Positions 19,499 through 29,189 of a DNA stretch of 64,000 bases are shown here, piece by piece (position 1 is the first letter of the stretch; the number at the start of each line of letters is the position of its first letter). Made by a program: the position numbers and the translations under genes. The notes beneath the pieces were generated by a model, which saw nothing but the letters and a program-made list of their open reading frames with translations, ran no database searches and had not been told where the DNA came from. Source of the DNA: Vulcanimicrobiota bacterium (GTDB lineage Bacteria > Vulcanimicrobiota > Vulcanimicrobiia > Vulcanimicrobiales > Vulcanimicrobiaceae); assembly GCA_963733295.1 (NCBI GenBank), contig CAVTCS010000003.1, forward strand, positions 2,272,001-2,336,000, in the 5' to 3' direction.

Positions 19499-19888
19499 TC
19501 AGTGCGCGCCCTCGGCGACCAGTGCGTCGTACGCGTCGGGTCCGAGCAAGCTGCTCGTCTCGCTCGGATCTTTCATCTTTACCTTATACATCCAGCCACC
19601 GCCGAACGCGTCGCGGTTGACGAGCGCCGGGTCCGATTCGAGCGCCGAGTTCACCTCGGTGACTTCGCCGCCGATCGGCGTGAACAGATCGGAAACCGCT
19701 TTGACCGATTCGACGACCCCGATGCTCGCGAATTGGGCGATCTGTTGACCGACGCGCGGGAGTTCGACGTACACAATGTCGCCCAGCGAGTTCTGCGCGT
19801 AATCGGTGATGCCGACGGTGGCGACGCCGCCGTCGACCTTCAACCACTCGTGTTCCTTGCTGTAAAGGAGGCCCTGGGGCTGGGACAT
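19499..19888 (-). CDS. gcvH: Glycine cleavage system H protein
   Basis: HEW, GITDYAQ..LGDIVYV, ESVKAVS lipoyl-lysine motif. Confidence 0.96.
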   Translation of the reverse strand: MSQPQGLLYSKEHEWLKVDGGVATVGITDYAQNSLGDIVYVELPRVGQQIAQFASIGVVESVKAVSDLFTPIGGEVTEVNSALESDPALVNRDAFGGGWMYKVKMKDPSETSSLLGPDAYDALVAEGAH

Positions 19889-19903
19889 GCTTCTCCTTGA
19901 GTC

Positions 19904-21007
19904 TTACGACGCTCGGCGGTAGAAAGGCAGCGCCACGACCGTTGCGGGGTGGCGCGCGCCGCGAATTTCGACGTCGAGCTTGGTTCCAACTGCGGCTGCC
20001 TCGCGGGTAACGAGGGCCGTGGCGATGTTTCGATTCCCAAGTGAGGGTGCGACCGAAGCGCTGCGTACTTCGCCGGCGAGCTTTTCACCGAGGAAGACCT
20101 TATAGCCGCCGCGAGCCGGGACGCGGCCCTCCATTTCGAGGCCTGCGATGCGCGAATAGTCGTCGGACGTGAGTTGTTCGGCTAACGCAGCCTTGCCGAC
20201 GAACTGCGGTTTGTTCATTTTTACCGCCCAGGCTTGTCCGCCGGCCAACGGCGAGACGTCTTCGGCAAGCTCGAAACCGTACAACGGCATCCCGGCTTCG
20301 AGACGCAACATGTCGCGCGCGCCCAAGCCTGCCGGCTCCAGGCCGTCCGCCGCGCCGGTTTCCAACAGTTTGCGCCAGACGCGCGGCGCCTCGGCACCGT
20401 CGAGAAACAACTCGAAACCGTCCTCGCCCGTATACCCCGTGCGGGCGACGATCGCGGGCACGCCGTCGATGCGCCCCTCCGCGCAAAAGTAGTATTTCAG
20501 CGCCGCGACGTCGAGGTCGCTGAGCCGTGCGACGATCTCGACGGCGCGCGGTCCCTGAACCGCGATCAAGGCGCGCTGTCCGTGGAGGTTGGTCAGACGC
20601 GCTTCGGGCTCGGCGTGTGAGCCGAGGTAGGGCCACATCTTGCCGGCATTCGCCGCGTTCACGACCAGTAGCCAGCGGTCCGGCAAGCGATAGAATAAGA
20701 CGTCGTCCATCGCGCCGCCGCGCGCGTTGCAGAAGATATTGTAGCGCGCTTGAAGCGGCTTCATGCTGGAGACGGCGTTAACCGTTAGCGCGTCGGCCCA
20801 CTCGCCGACGCGCGAGCCGCGCAATTCGAACTGCGCCATGTGAGAAAGGTCGAAGAGGCCCGCGCGTCCCCGCACCGCATCGTGTTCGCGAATGATCCCC
20901 GCGTACTGTACCGGCATCTCGAATCCGCCGAACGGTACGAGGCGTGCGCCGAGGGCCACGTGCTCGTCATAGAGAGCGGTCCGGCGGAGCGTTTGGGTCG
21001 CGCTCAT
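19904..21007 (-). CDS. gcvT: Glycine cleavage system aminomethyltransferase T
   Basis: [36 protein letters not shown]. Confidence 0.96.
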   Translation of the reverse strand: MSATQTLRRTALYDEHVALGARLVPFGGFEMPVQYAGIIREHDAVRGRAGLFDLSHMAQFELRGSRVGEWADALTVNAVSSMKPLQARYNIFCNARGGAMDDVLFYRLPDRWLLVVNAANAGKMWPYLGSHAEPEARLTNLHGQRALIAVQGPRAVEIVARLSDLDVAALKYYFCAEGRIDGVPAIVARTGYTGEDGFELFLDGAEAPRVWRKLLETGAADGLEPAGLGARDMLRLEAGMPLYGFELAEDVSPLAGGQAWAVKMNKPQFVGKAALAEQLTSDDYSRIAGLEMEGRVPARGGYKVFLGEKLAGEVRSASVAPSLGNRNIATALVTREAAAVGTKLDVEIRGARHPATVVALPFYRRAS

Positions 21008-21441
21008 TCGGCAATTCTTTCGCGGGGCTCCGAGTTGAGGAAGCTGAGGGTCGCGTGAGCGACGAGCTTCTCGCCGCTGTACACGTGCACTTCGCCGTAG
21101 ACGATGCGCCGGCCGGGTTTGAGGACCTTCGCATGCGCGATGAGATCGTGTGGCGGCATTGCCGGACGCAAGAAACTACAGGTCAACGAGGCGGTGGCCG
21201 TCGGCTGCATGGGCCCGTAGAGCGAGGCGAGAGCGACATAGAAACTCGTGTCGCAAAGGCTCACGATCGCACCGCCGTGCACCGCACCCGCGCCGTTGAG
21301 AACCTGCGAGCGGAACGGCATGCGCATCCGGGCTTCGCCGTGATCGACGTGCTCCAGATGCAGGTCGAGCGTCTGGATGAAGTTCGCCTTTTGTTTGTCC
21401 CACGAGCGGATTGCCGCGCCGACGTCGAGTGGCTGTTTCAC
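21004..21441 (-). CDS. PaaI family thioesterase
   Basis: NGAGAVHGG..SLCD hotdog motif; AAGGAGG SD before GTG 21441. Confidence 0.85.
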   Translation of the reverse strand: MKQPLDVGAAIRSWDKQKANFIQTLDLHLEHVDHGEARMRMPFRSQVLNGAGAVHGGAIVSLCDTSFYVALASLYGPMQPTATASLTCSFLRPAMPPHDLIAHAKVLKPGRRIVYGEVHVYSGEKLVAHATLSFLNSEPRERIAE

Positions 21442-21505
21442 GACGCCCTCCTTCGGTTCGTCGCCGTCGCGTTCCGTTCGGCCGGCAGCGGCCGGCCGGC
21501 CGGAA

Positions 21506-22396
21506 TCATGCGAAGACGTCGCCGCCCTTCGCCAACTCGCGCCGCACGTAGAGCGGTAAACTGAACAGCCGGCGGTGCGTCTCCGCATCGTAGAAGTAGT
21601 TCTCGCCCCTCAAGCCGGCTACGTATGCCTCGATGCGCTCGGCGGAAAGCGCCGAGACGTCGACCGCGTCGCTGCAGGCTAAAAAAGCCCAGTCGTTGTC
21701 GAATGCGGGCACGTGCGTGTAAAAGGAGCGAACGTGGCGGTAGTAGGCGCGTAAGGTGCGCGCCATCTTCGCATGCAAGCGCATGTTGTGAAACCCTGAA
21801 GTGCTGGCCTGCAACACGTAGACGCCGTGCGGCGCGAGCCGCCTTTTGATGTCCGCAAAGACGGCCGCGCAGAAGAGCGGGCTCGAGGGTGAATCCTCCA
21901 GCGGCTCGGTGAGGTCCGAAACGATCGCGTCGTACGTGTCGCGATCCTCTCGCAAGAAGTCTAGGGCGTCGCCGACGATGACGCGGGCGCGCGCATCCTC
22001 AAAAGCGCCGTCCGACCATTCGGGCAAGAAGCGCTTCGAAAGTTCCACGACCTCGCCGTCGATGTCGACCATGGTGCAGCGCCGGACGTCCGCGCGGCGT
22101 AGGACCTCGCGCAGCGTCGCCCCCTCACCGCCGCCCAAAATCAAGACGTCGGCGCGAGTCTCGAGCGCGGCCAGCGCGGGATGCACGAGGCTCTCGTGAT
22201 AGATCTTTTCATCGGCCTGCGAGCTCTGAGTATCTCCATCGATGACGAGCATCTTTCCGAAGGCCGCGCTGCGGATAACCGCAACGTCCCCAAATGCGGT
22301 CCGCCCCGCGAAATACGTCTCCTCGATGGCATGCTGATGCAACTCGGTAGCCGAGAAGCGCTCGACGTACCACTGCCAATGCTCCGTCTTCGGCAC
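21506..22396 (-). CDS. speE: Spermidine synthase (polyamine aminopropyltransferase)
   Basis: IDGDTQS...DE.IYHESLVHP, ILGGGEGATLRE, MVDID, DLTEP; GTG start 22396. Confidence 0.9.
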   Translation of the reverse strand: MPKTEHWQWYVERFSATELHQHAIEETYFAGRTAFGDVAVIRSAAFGKMLVIDGDTQSSQADEKIYHESLVHPALAALETRADVLILGGGEGATLREVLRRADVRRCTMVDIDGEVVELSKRFLPEWSDGAFEDARARVIVGDALDFLREDRDTYDAIVSDLTEPLEDSPSSPLFCAAVFADIKRRLAPHGVYVLQASTSGFHNMRLHAKMARTLRAYYRHVRSFYTHVPAFDNDWAFLACSDAVDVSALSAERIEAYVAGLRGENYFYDAETHRRLFSLPLYVRRELAKGGDVFA

Positions 22397-22398
22397 GC

Positions 22399-22561
22399 TA
22401 GTGTCGTGCCCCAGAGGTTCGTTGCATAAGTCGGCAGTGGATTTTTGTTCGTATCGAGGAGCGAGGAGCGTGGAATGACGAGTCATTTGAGCGACGAGCG
22501 ACGATGAGACGGGCAAAAAGCCGCGCCGAGTCATGTGACGAATCTCTGGGGCGCGACACTC
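22399..22561. mobile_element. 163-bp palindromic MITE-like element with IS630-style ends
   Basis: 27-bp terminal IR 22401-22427/22533-22559 with 4 mismatches, all G:U on the + strand; pairing extends inward; TA at the left edge. Confidence 0.65.
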
Positions 22562-22584
22562 GTGCTAGCGTTGCGGGCGACGCA

Positions 22585-24075
22585 CTAGCGCACGACCATC
22601 AAGCTATTATCGCTCGGTTGCGTGATGATTCCATTTTCGACGAACTTCGTCGGAACCGGGCTCGGCGTCGGCGACGAGGTCGAGCCCGGAGGAGGCGTCG
22701 GTCCCGGGCTGGTGACCGGAGCGGGCGAAGGCGTCGAGCCGGTCGATTGATTGAACGGCAGCACCATCACGGTCGAGTTGTAACCCATCGGACACGAGAG
22801 GCCCGGCGATGTGCCGAACAAGATCAAGAACTTCGCGGTGGAATCGAAGGCGACGCTCGTGACGTTCTGGAGGTGGCGCGTGGTACCGTCACAAGCGACG
22901 TACGGCGGACTATTCGCATTTCCCGAGGTCGAACTTGGCGCGAACGGCGGCTGAATCGTAAGCGCGCCCGAACCGACTCCGCCGATGATGTAGAAGCCGG
23001 CGTCGGCGCCGACGGCCGCGAACGCGCCGCCCGGCGAGATCGCGATCGAGTGCGGCCGCGAGGGCAGCGTGATGCTGTCGGTGGTCACGATCGTTTTTGG
23101 AAGACCGGTGATGACGGTCAATCCGTTGACGCCGGGGGTTTGTCCGATCAGCGCGCGACCCGGATCCTCAGCCGAAATGGCCATTGCGCCGTCGCCGCGC
23201 AAAGTGGGCCCCGAGCCGTATCCGAGCGAAGAGCTGTACTGAAGGACCTGCAGCTCAAAGCCGGTCGGAATGTCGATAATCGAGAGCACGAGCATGTCGA
23301 TCGGACCGCGCACGAGCGCGTACGTTCCGTTCGGTGCAACGACGATGTTCGTGCGCGGGTAGGACGGCGGGCTGATCGCGCCACCGACGAACGGTATGAA
23401 GCCGCCGTATTGAGGCGGTGCGTTGACGAGCGACGTGATGCCAAGAACACCCTGCGATCCCACGCCCGTCGTCAAGGCGAGCCCTACCGTCCCGGTCCCC
23501 AAGAGCGCAAGCGTGTAAGCATCCGGTACGACGGGCGGCACGATCGGAGTCGGCGTCGGCGCCGGGCTCGCTCCCGTGGTCGGTGGGGCCGTCGGCGGAA
23601 AGGAACTCATCACGTACGGCGCGCCGACCGGCACGATACTCCCGACCGAGGCGCCGAAGACATCCTGCGCGAGGTTGTAAGGCGGGCCGCCGGTTAGTGA
23701 GATGGCGGCAATGGCGTCGCTCGAGTCGACGGTGAAGCCGATCGCGCCGACGGCGCCGGCGAAGCGGATGTTGAGTCCCTGAGGACCGCCCAGCAAGTTG
23801 CCGTTGATGTCCTCGAAGTGCACGACCTGGACGCCCTGGAAGATGCCCCCGTTCCCGGCGTCCGGCAAGTAGGCGATCCCGGAAGTATTCGGCACCGCAG
23901 TGGGCGTCGGAGCGCCGGGGATCGTCACGGTCGGGACCGGACTCGGCGAGGCGTTCACGGTGGGCGTCGACTTCGAACAGGCCGCCATGACGAGAGCCAA
24001 AAGCGCCGTGACTGCCCCGATCGCACGGGGCAGCGCTCCACTGGGTCGAGCCAAATCGAGGATCCCTTCCGTCAA
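22585..24075 (-). CDS. Putative lipoprotein with Pro/Thr-rich linkers
   Basis: Hydrophobic stretch then MAAC lipobox; PT/PS-rich segments; start uncertain. Confidence 0.65.
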   Translation of the reverse strand: MTEGILDLARPSGALPRAIGAVTALLALVMAACSKSTPTVNASPSPVPTVTIPGAPTPTAVPNTSGIAYLPDAGNGGIFQGVQVVHFEDINGNLLGGPQGLNIRFAGAVGAIGFTVDSSDAIAAISLTGGPPYNLAQDVFGASVGSIVPVGAPYVMSSFPPTAPPTTGASPAPTPTPIVPPVVPDAYTLALLGTGTVGLALTTGVGSQGVLGITSLVNAPPQYGGFIPFVGGAISPPSYPRTNIVVAPNGTYALVRGPIDMLVLSIIDIPTGFELQVLQYSSSLGYGSGPTLRGDGAMAISAEDPGRALIGQTPGVNGLTVITGLPKTIVTTDSITLPSRPHSIAISPGGAFAAVGADAGFYIIGGVGSGALTIQPPFAPSSTSGNANSPPYVACDGTTRHLQNVTSVAFDSTAKFLILFGTSPGLSCPMGYNSTVMVLPFNQSTGSTPSPAPVTSPGPTPPPGSTSSPTPSPVPTKFVENGIITQPSDNSLMVVR

Positions 24076-24101
24076 GGGCGACTCGAAAGCCGCCGAAATT
24101 C

Positions 24102-24518
24102 TTACGCCGAGCGCTTCGCCATCGAACGCCCCGCATGCTCGTGAACGACGTGCGTGTACTGACCGTTTCGCGAAGTGATACCCCGCTTGACTTCAGTCGT
24201 CAACATCGTTTGAGCTCCGAGGTGCCGGGCGGCGTACTCGCAGGCACGCCAGGGGTCCGTGTGATCGCCACACGTGTAAAAATCGACCGCTGCATAGCCT
24301 GCTTCCGGCCAAGTGTGAATCGAGAGGTGCGACTCGGCGATCACGACGACGCCCGAGACGCCCTGGGGCTGGAACCGGTGAAAGGCAACTTTCAAAATTT
24401 CCGCGTTGGCCTCTTGGGCCGCGGCGACCATGATCGAGCGGACGCGCTCGACGTCGGTGAGGGTGCGGGCATCGCAGCCCGACAGTTCGCAGATGATGTG
24501 CGTCCCACGTGCTTCCAA
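24102..24518 (-). CDS. speD: S-adenosylmethionine decarboxylase proenzyme
   Basis: G.HII.EL.GC, FQPQGVSGVVVIAESHLSIHTWPE, DFYTCG; GAGGAG SD before TTG. Confidence 0.95.
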   Translation of the reverse strand: MEARGTHIICELSGCDARTLTDVERVRSIMVAAAQEANAEILKVAFHRFQPQGVSGVVVIAESHLSIHTWPEAGYAAVDFYTCGDHTDPWRACEYAARHLGAQTMLTTEVKRGITSRNGQYTHVVHEHAGRSMAKRSA

Positions 24519-24749
24519 TTTTTCTCCTCGGGTCTGGCTGGGGAATCCCACCTCCAGGCTGCGTCGGCTGGCGCGTGCGGTGCACTTGCGTCCCCGACCT
24601 TTCGACGAGATCTTTCCGGCGCTGCCGAGCGATCGGCAGGCGAGCGTCTCGCCGCGATGGCACGTAGGGCGTGCCGCCCCTGTTTTGCCGCTTTGACGGC
24701 GCGGACCACAAGGGGTTCCTCTAGGAGACGCCCGTGGGGTCCGCGGCCC

Positions 24750-24778
24750 ATCATACCCCCCACGGACCCCCCTGTAAA
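24750..24778 (-). promoter_or_regulatory. Sigma70 promoter of speD
   Basis: TTTACA-17 bp-TATGAT. Confidence 0.75.
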
Positions 24779-24798
24779 GGACTTTGCGGCCGAGATTT

Positions 24799-24823
24799 TC
24801 AACAATACCCTTAAGTATCTTGA
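24799..24823. promoter_or_regulatory. AT-rich imperfect palindrome upstream of sufB (possible SufR/Rrf2 operator)
   Basis: TCAACAATAC-CCTTAA-GTATCTTGA. Confidence 0.35.
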
Positions 24824-24857
24824 CTATCACGGCCTGGGGCCGTAGCCTAGAGAGGAT

Positions 24858-26279
24858 ATGGCAACGCCCCTCAACGTCGCTCCCGAAACGCTGAACGAAG
24901 ACTACCGCCACGGTTTTCACGACTCGGAAGACGCTTACGCCTTCAAGTCGGCCAAGGGCCTCACGCGGGAGATCGTTCAGCGCATCTCCTCGATGAAAAA
25001 CGAGCCGGCTTGGATGACGGCCTTCAGGCTGAAAGCGTACGAGCTGTTCCGCGCCAAGCCGATGCCGGATTGGGCCGACACCGCGTTGCTGAACGAGATC
25101 GACTTCGACGACATTCACTACTTCGTCAAAGCCTCCGAGAAGCAGAGTCAGAACTGGGACGACGTCCCCGAGGACATCAAGCGCACCTTCGACCGGCTCG
25201 GCATCCCCGAAGCCGAGCGTAAGTTCTTGTCGGGCGTTTCCGCGCAGTACGAATCGGAAGTGGTCTACCACTCGGTGCGCGAGGACCTCGAAAAAGACGG
25301 CGTCATCTTCTGCGACATGGATACGGCGCTGCGCGATCATTCCGAGATCCTCAAGAAGTATTTCGCAACGGTGATCCCGCCCGGCGACAACAAGTTCGCC
25401 GCGCTCAATTCGTCCGTTTGGTCGGGTGGCTCGTTCGTGTACGTCCCGCCGGGTGTCGAAGTGAAGACGCCGCTGCAGGCTTACTTCCGCATCAACACCG
25501 AGAACATGGGACAGTTCGAGCGAACCCTGATCATCGCCGACGTTGGATCGAAGGTTCACTACATCGAAGGTTGCACGGCGCCGCAGTTCTCGACTGCCTC
25601 GCTGCACTCGGCGGTCGTCGAACTGATCGCGATGGAAGGCGCCTCGATCCGCTACACGACGATTCAGAACTGGTACCGCAACATCTTCAATCTCGTCACC
25701 AAGCGCGCCGTCGCGTATAAGAACGCGACCGTCGAATGGGTCGACGGAAACATCGGCTCGCGCTTGACGATGAAGTATCCGGCCATCTACTTGATGGGCG
25801 AAGGTGCGCGGGGCGAGATCCTTTCGATGGCGTTCGCCGGAGAGGGACAGCACCAGGACGCGGGCGCGAAGATGATCCACGCTGCGCCCAACACGACTTC
25901 GGTCGTCACGAACAAGTCGGTCAGCGCGCACGGTGGCAAAACCACCTATCGCGGTCTCGTCGAAATCTTCCCGGGTGCGGTCGGTGCGAAGACGCGCGTG
26001 CGCTGCGATGCGCTCATCATGGACGACAAGTCCTCGAGCGATACGAAACCAACGATGAAAATCAACGAGCAGCGCGCGACCGTCGAGCATGAGGCAAGCG
26101 TCTCGAAGATCGGCGAGGAGCAGCTGTTCTATGCGATGTCGCGCGGGCTTTCCGAAGCCGACGCGACCGGCATGATCGTCAACGGCTTCTTCGATTTCTT
26201 CGTCAAGGAACTGCCGATGGAGTACGCCGTCGAGCTCAACCGTCTCATCAAGATGGAGATGGAAGGCGCCGTCGGTTAA
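24858..26279 (+). CDS. sufB: Fe-S cluster assembly protein SufB
   Basis: [49 protein letters not shown]. Confidence 0.97.
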   Translation: MATPLNVAPETLNEDYRHGFHDSEDAYAFKSAKGLTREIVQRISSMKNEPAWMTAFRLKAYELFRAKPMPDWADTALLNEIDFDDIHYFVKASEKQSQNWDDVPEDIKRTFDRLGIPEAERKFLSGVSAQYESEVVYHSVREDLEKDGVIFCDMDTALRDHSEILKKYFATVIPPGDNKFAALNSSVWSGGSFVYVPPGVEVKTPLQAYFRINTENMGQFERTLIIADVGSKVHYIEGCTAPQFSTASLHSAVVELIAMEGASIRYTTIQNWYRNIFNLVTKRAVAYKNATVEWVDGNIGSRLTMKYPAIYLMGEGARGEILSMAFAGEGQHQDAGAKMIHAAPNTTSVVTNKSVSAHGGKTTYRGLVEIFPGAVGAKTRVRCDALIMDDKSSSDTKPTMKINEQRATVEHEASVSKIGEEQLFYAMSRGLSEADATGMIVNGFFDFFVKELPMEYAVELNRLIKMEMEGAVG

Positions 26280-26580
26280 AGTCGCGAGCGTCTCCGACAT
26301 CGCTCCGGAGACGACGCTCAAGGTCGAAGTCGACGGAACCCCGGTGTTGCTTTGCAACGTCGCGGGCTCAATCTACGCGATTGAGGACGTCTGCACGCAC
26401 GACGGCGGCGAGCTGGATCAAGGCGTGCTGGAGGGCGAACGGATCATGTGTCCGCGTCACGGGGCCTACTTCGACGTGACGACCGGCGCGGCGCTCACGC
26501 TGCCCGCAGTTCTCCCGGTTCGAACGTTCCCCGTTCGGGTCGAAGGCGACGGGGTTTACCTCGAAGCGCCGGAAGGATAG
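26275..26580 (+). CDS. Rieske-type [2Fe-2S] ferredoxin
   Basis: CTHD...CPRHGA; homology (VKVASVSDI) extends upstream of the first canonical start at 26344. Confidence 0.85.
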   Translation, partial: VKVASVSDIAPETTLKVEVDGTPVLLCNVAGSIYAIEDVCTHDGGELDQGVLEGERIMCPRHGAYFDVTTGAALTLPAVLPVRTFPVRVEGDGVYLEAPEG

Positions 26581-26647
26581 CGCGCGGGCCCCGACACGTC
26601 ACCTTTGTTGAGTTACTCACACGCCGCCGGGCGGTAGAGTGGACTCC

Positions 26648-27487
26648 ATGACTCCGAGGTTCCTGATGTGTCCGCCGACCAACTTTTCGGTCGCGTACGA
26701 CATCAATCCATGGATGACGCGCAACGTCGGAACCCCGACGCTCGAGGCCGTGCGTCAGTGGGAGCGCTTCGTCGAGGTTCTGGAGTGCGCGGGCGAGGTG
26801 CGCATCGAGTCGCTCGAGCCACGTCCCGGCGTCCCCGATTTGGTCTTCACCGCAAATGCCGCCTTGATCAGCGGACGGCTCGCAATCATGAGCAGTTTCC
26901 GCCATCCCGAACGCCGGCGCGAACAGAGCACGTTTCGCGCTTGGCTGGCTCAACACGGCGGCTTCGCCACGACCTTCTTGGAGCAGACATTTTTCGAGGG
27001 CGCCGGCGACGCGCTCTTCGACCGGCGCCGCCCGGTACTTTACGCCGGCTACGGCTGGCGCACGGAACGCGCCGCGACCTCACAAATCTCCGAAACGCTC
27101 GGCGTGCGCACGATTCCGCTATTGCTCGTCGACGAGCGCTTCTATCACCTCCACACGTGCCTCTGTCCGCTGGCCAGCGGACACGTCATGGTCTACATGG
27201 ACGCCTTTTCGCCACACGCGCAAAAGACGCTGCGACGCACGATCGAACCGGAGTGGCTGATCGAAGTCGGAGTTGAGGACGCGTTGACATTCGCCTGCAA
27301 CGCGGTCGAGATCGGCGATGCGCTCGTGCTGCACGACGCAACCCCGCGCTTACGCGAACGGCTCCGCGACGCCGGGTACCGCGTTTTCGCGACCGATCTC
27401 TCGGAGTTCCATCGAGCCGGCGGCTCGGCCAAATGTCTGACCCTGCGTCTCGACGACGGTCCGGCCTGCGCGGAGGCGGCTGCTTAA
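26648..27487 (+). CDS. Amidinotransferase/DDAH (pentein) family protein
   Basis: YDINPWM, PDLVFTANA, FEGAGD, FYHLHT, GGSAKC. Confidence 0.85.
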   Translation: MTPRFLMCPPTNFSVAYDINPWMTRNVGTPTLEAVRQWERFVEVLECAGEVRIESLEPRPGVPDLVFTANAALISGRLAIMSSFRHPERRREQSTFRAWLAQHGGFATTFLEQTFFEGAGDALFDRRRPVLYAGYGWRTERAATSQISETLGVRTIPLLLVDERFYHLHTCLCPLASGHVMVYMDAFSPHAQKTLRRTIEPEWLIEVGVEDALTFACNAVEIGDALVLHDATPRLRERLRDAGYRVFATDLSEFHRAGGSAKCLTLRLDDGPACAEAAA

Positions 27488-27508
27488 CTCGCACGTAACA
27501 GTCCGCCT

Positions 27509-29110
27509 GTGAAATGCCGGCTCGGCGCTATCCTCGGCCTGCTTTTGCTCGCTTCGACGACGGTGGTCCCCGCGCAAACGCCGGCGGCGCGCGCTACGTT
27601 GCGCATGATATCGGGTACGGAGCCGTTGACTCTCAATCCGATCCTACTAACGACGGCACAGGACGACGAGGTGTTCGCTCTGTTCAGCGATCTGCTCGTC
27701 GTCAGCGACGATCGCGGAGGAATCTCGCCGCAGCTCGCAGCGCGCGTTCCGACCTTGCAAAACGGCGACATCTCCAAGGACGGTCTCTCGATCGCGTACC
27801 ACCTGCGGCACGGCGTGAAGTGGCACGACGGCGTTCCTTTTACCAGCAAGGACGTGCGCTTCTCTTGGGAAGCGGTTATGAATCCGCGCAACAACGTCGC
27901 CTCGCGAACGGGTTACGATCTGGTCCAGCGCGTCGAGTTGCCTGACGACTACACAGCGATCTTCCGGCTGAAAAGGCGCTACGCGCCGGCCGTTCTGTCG
28001 CTCTTCGGCGGCGGTTCGAACTGCCGCTTGATCCCCGAGCATCTCCTAGGTAAAGAGTCGAGCTTGAACCAGGTCGATTTCAACCAGCATCCGGTCGGCA
28101 CCGGACCGTTCAAGGTCGTGTCCTGGAAACGCGGGCAGTCGCTCGAGCTTGCCGCAAACGACGATTACTTTCTCGGCAAGCCGAAACTGTCTCGCATCGT
28201 CGTTCAGTTCGTGCCGAGCTCGACGACGGCAGGAATCATGTTGAGGACGCACGAGACCGATCTCGCACGACTCGACTCGGCGACGTACCGCGAGGTGCGC
28301 GACGATCCCGGGATTCGCGTCGTGCTCACGCCGCAGTTCGCGTTCATTGCTCTCCAGCTCAACGTATCGCGACCGGCTTTGCACGACGTGCGCGTGCGGC
28401 GCGCGTTGGCATACGCCATCGATCGCGCGTCAATCGTCGAAAAAGATACGTTCGGCACGGGCCAGGTCGCCGACGGCGACCTCGGCCCCATCTCGTGGGC
28501 CCACAGCGACGAAGTCACGCACTATCCCTTCGATCCGGCGAAGGCCAAGGCGTTGCTCGACGAAGCGGGCTGGAAAACCGGACCCGACGGCATCCGCCAG
28601 AAGGACCGAAAACGGCTCGAGCTCGAGATGGTCGAGGCCACCGGCGGTACGACTGGACACAACGAAGACGTTCAAGTTCAGCAGATGCTGCACGACGTCG
28701 GAATCGTTCTGACGATCAAAGGATACGCGCCGAGCCTCGTCTTCGCGCCCGCAAGTCAAGGCGGCGTTTTGCCGTCCGGCAACTACGATGCCTACATCTC
28801 GGGATGGATCGGCGGTGCAGACCCCGATAATGCATCCAACTTCACGTGCGCCGCGATCTCCCCGGCCGGCCAAAATTCGATGCGATACTGCAGCAGGACG
28901 CTCGACGCCGCCGAGAGTGAAGCCCTTGGGACCTACGATTTGGCGGCTCGTAAGCGCGCCTATGCCGAAATCGAGCGAATTCTTTCGGAGGACCTTCCGA
29001 TGATCTTCCTCTACTGGCCGAAGGGCCGCTTCGGCATGAACCGGGCGCTCCGGGGCTTCGCGACCAACGGCGTGACCGTCACGTGGAATGCCTACGCCTG
29101 GTCGCTTTAG
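27509..29110 (+). CDS. Peptide/nickel ABC transporter substrate-binding protein (orphan)
   Basis: Signal peptide; KWHDG.PFT..DV.FS, PVGTGPF, VRRALAYAIDR, LLDEAGW. Confidence 0.9.
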   Translation: MKCRLGAILGLLLLASTTVVPAQTPAARATLRMISGTEPLTLNPILLTTAQDDEVFALFSDLLVVSDDRGGISPQLAARVPTLQNGDISKDGLSIAYHLRHGVKWHDGVPFTSKDVRFSWEAVMNPRNNVASRTGYDLVQRVELPDDYTAIFRLKRRYAPAVLSLFGGGSNCRLIPEHLLGKESSLNQVDFNQHPVGTGPFKVVSWKRGQSLELAANDDYFLGKPKLSRIVVQFVPSSTTAGIMLRTHETDLARLDSATYREVRDDPGIRVVLTPQFAFIALQLNVSRPALHDVRVRRALAYAIDRASIVEKDTFGTGQVADGDLGPISWAHSDEVTHYPFDPAKAKALLDEAGWKTGPDGIRQKDRKRLELEMVEATGGTTGHNEDVQVQQMLHDVGIVLTIKGYAPSLVFAPASQGGVLPSGNYDAYISGWIGGADPDNASNFTCAAISPAGQNSMRYCSRTLDAAESEALGTYDLAARKRAYAEIERILSEDLPMIFLYWPKGRFGMNRALRGFATNGVTVTWNAYAWSL

Positions 29111-29151
29111 CGTTCCGGCTCGTGCGGAGCCGCGAAGGACGCCTTTTCAAA

Positions 29152-29180
29152 TTGACTTCGCAGCGGGCCGATGTTAGACT
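29152..29180 (+). promoter_or_regulatory. Sigma70 promoter of rplU (near-leaderless)
   Basis: TTGACT-17 bp-TAGACT, 9 nt before ATG. Confidence 0.7.
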
Positions 29181-29189
29181 ACCGCAGTT

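Noticed and set aside
21442..21505. Expected glycine riboswitch ahead of the gcv operon
   Set aside because: Only ~64 nt with no GGAGA/CCGAAG/CTCAGG tandem aptamer pattern
22399..22561. 6S RNA interpretation of the long hairpin
   Set aside because: The bubble is next to a tiny apical stem rather than central, and the ends look like IS630-type IRs; not formally excluded without cmsearch
24102..26357. 751-aa minus-strand ORF ending in SpeD
   Set aside because: Antisense shadow of sufB that happens to be in frame; speD has its own promoter, SD and TTG at 24518
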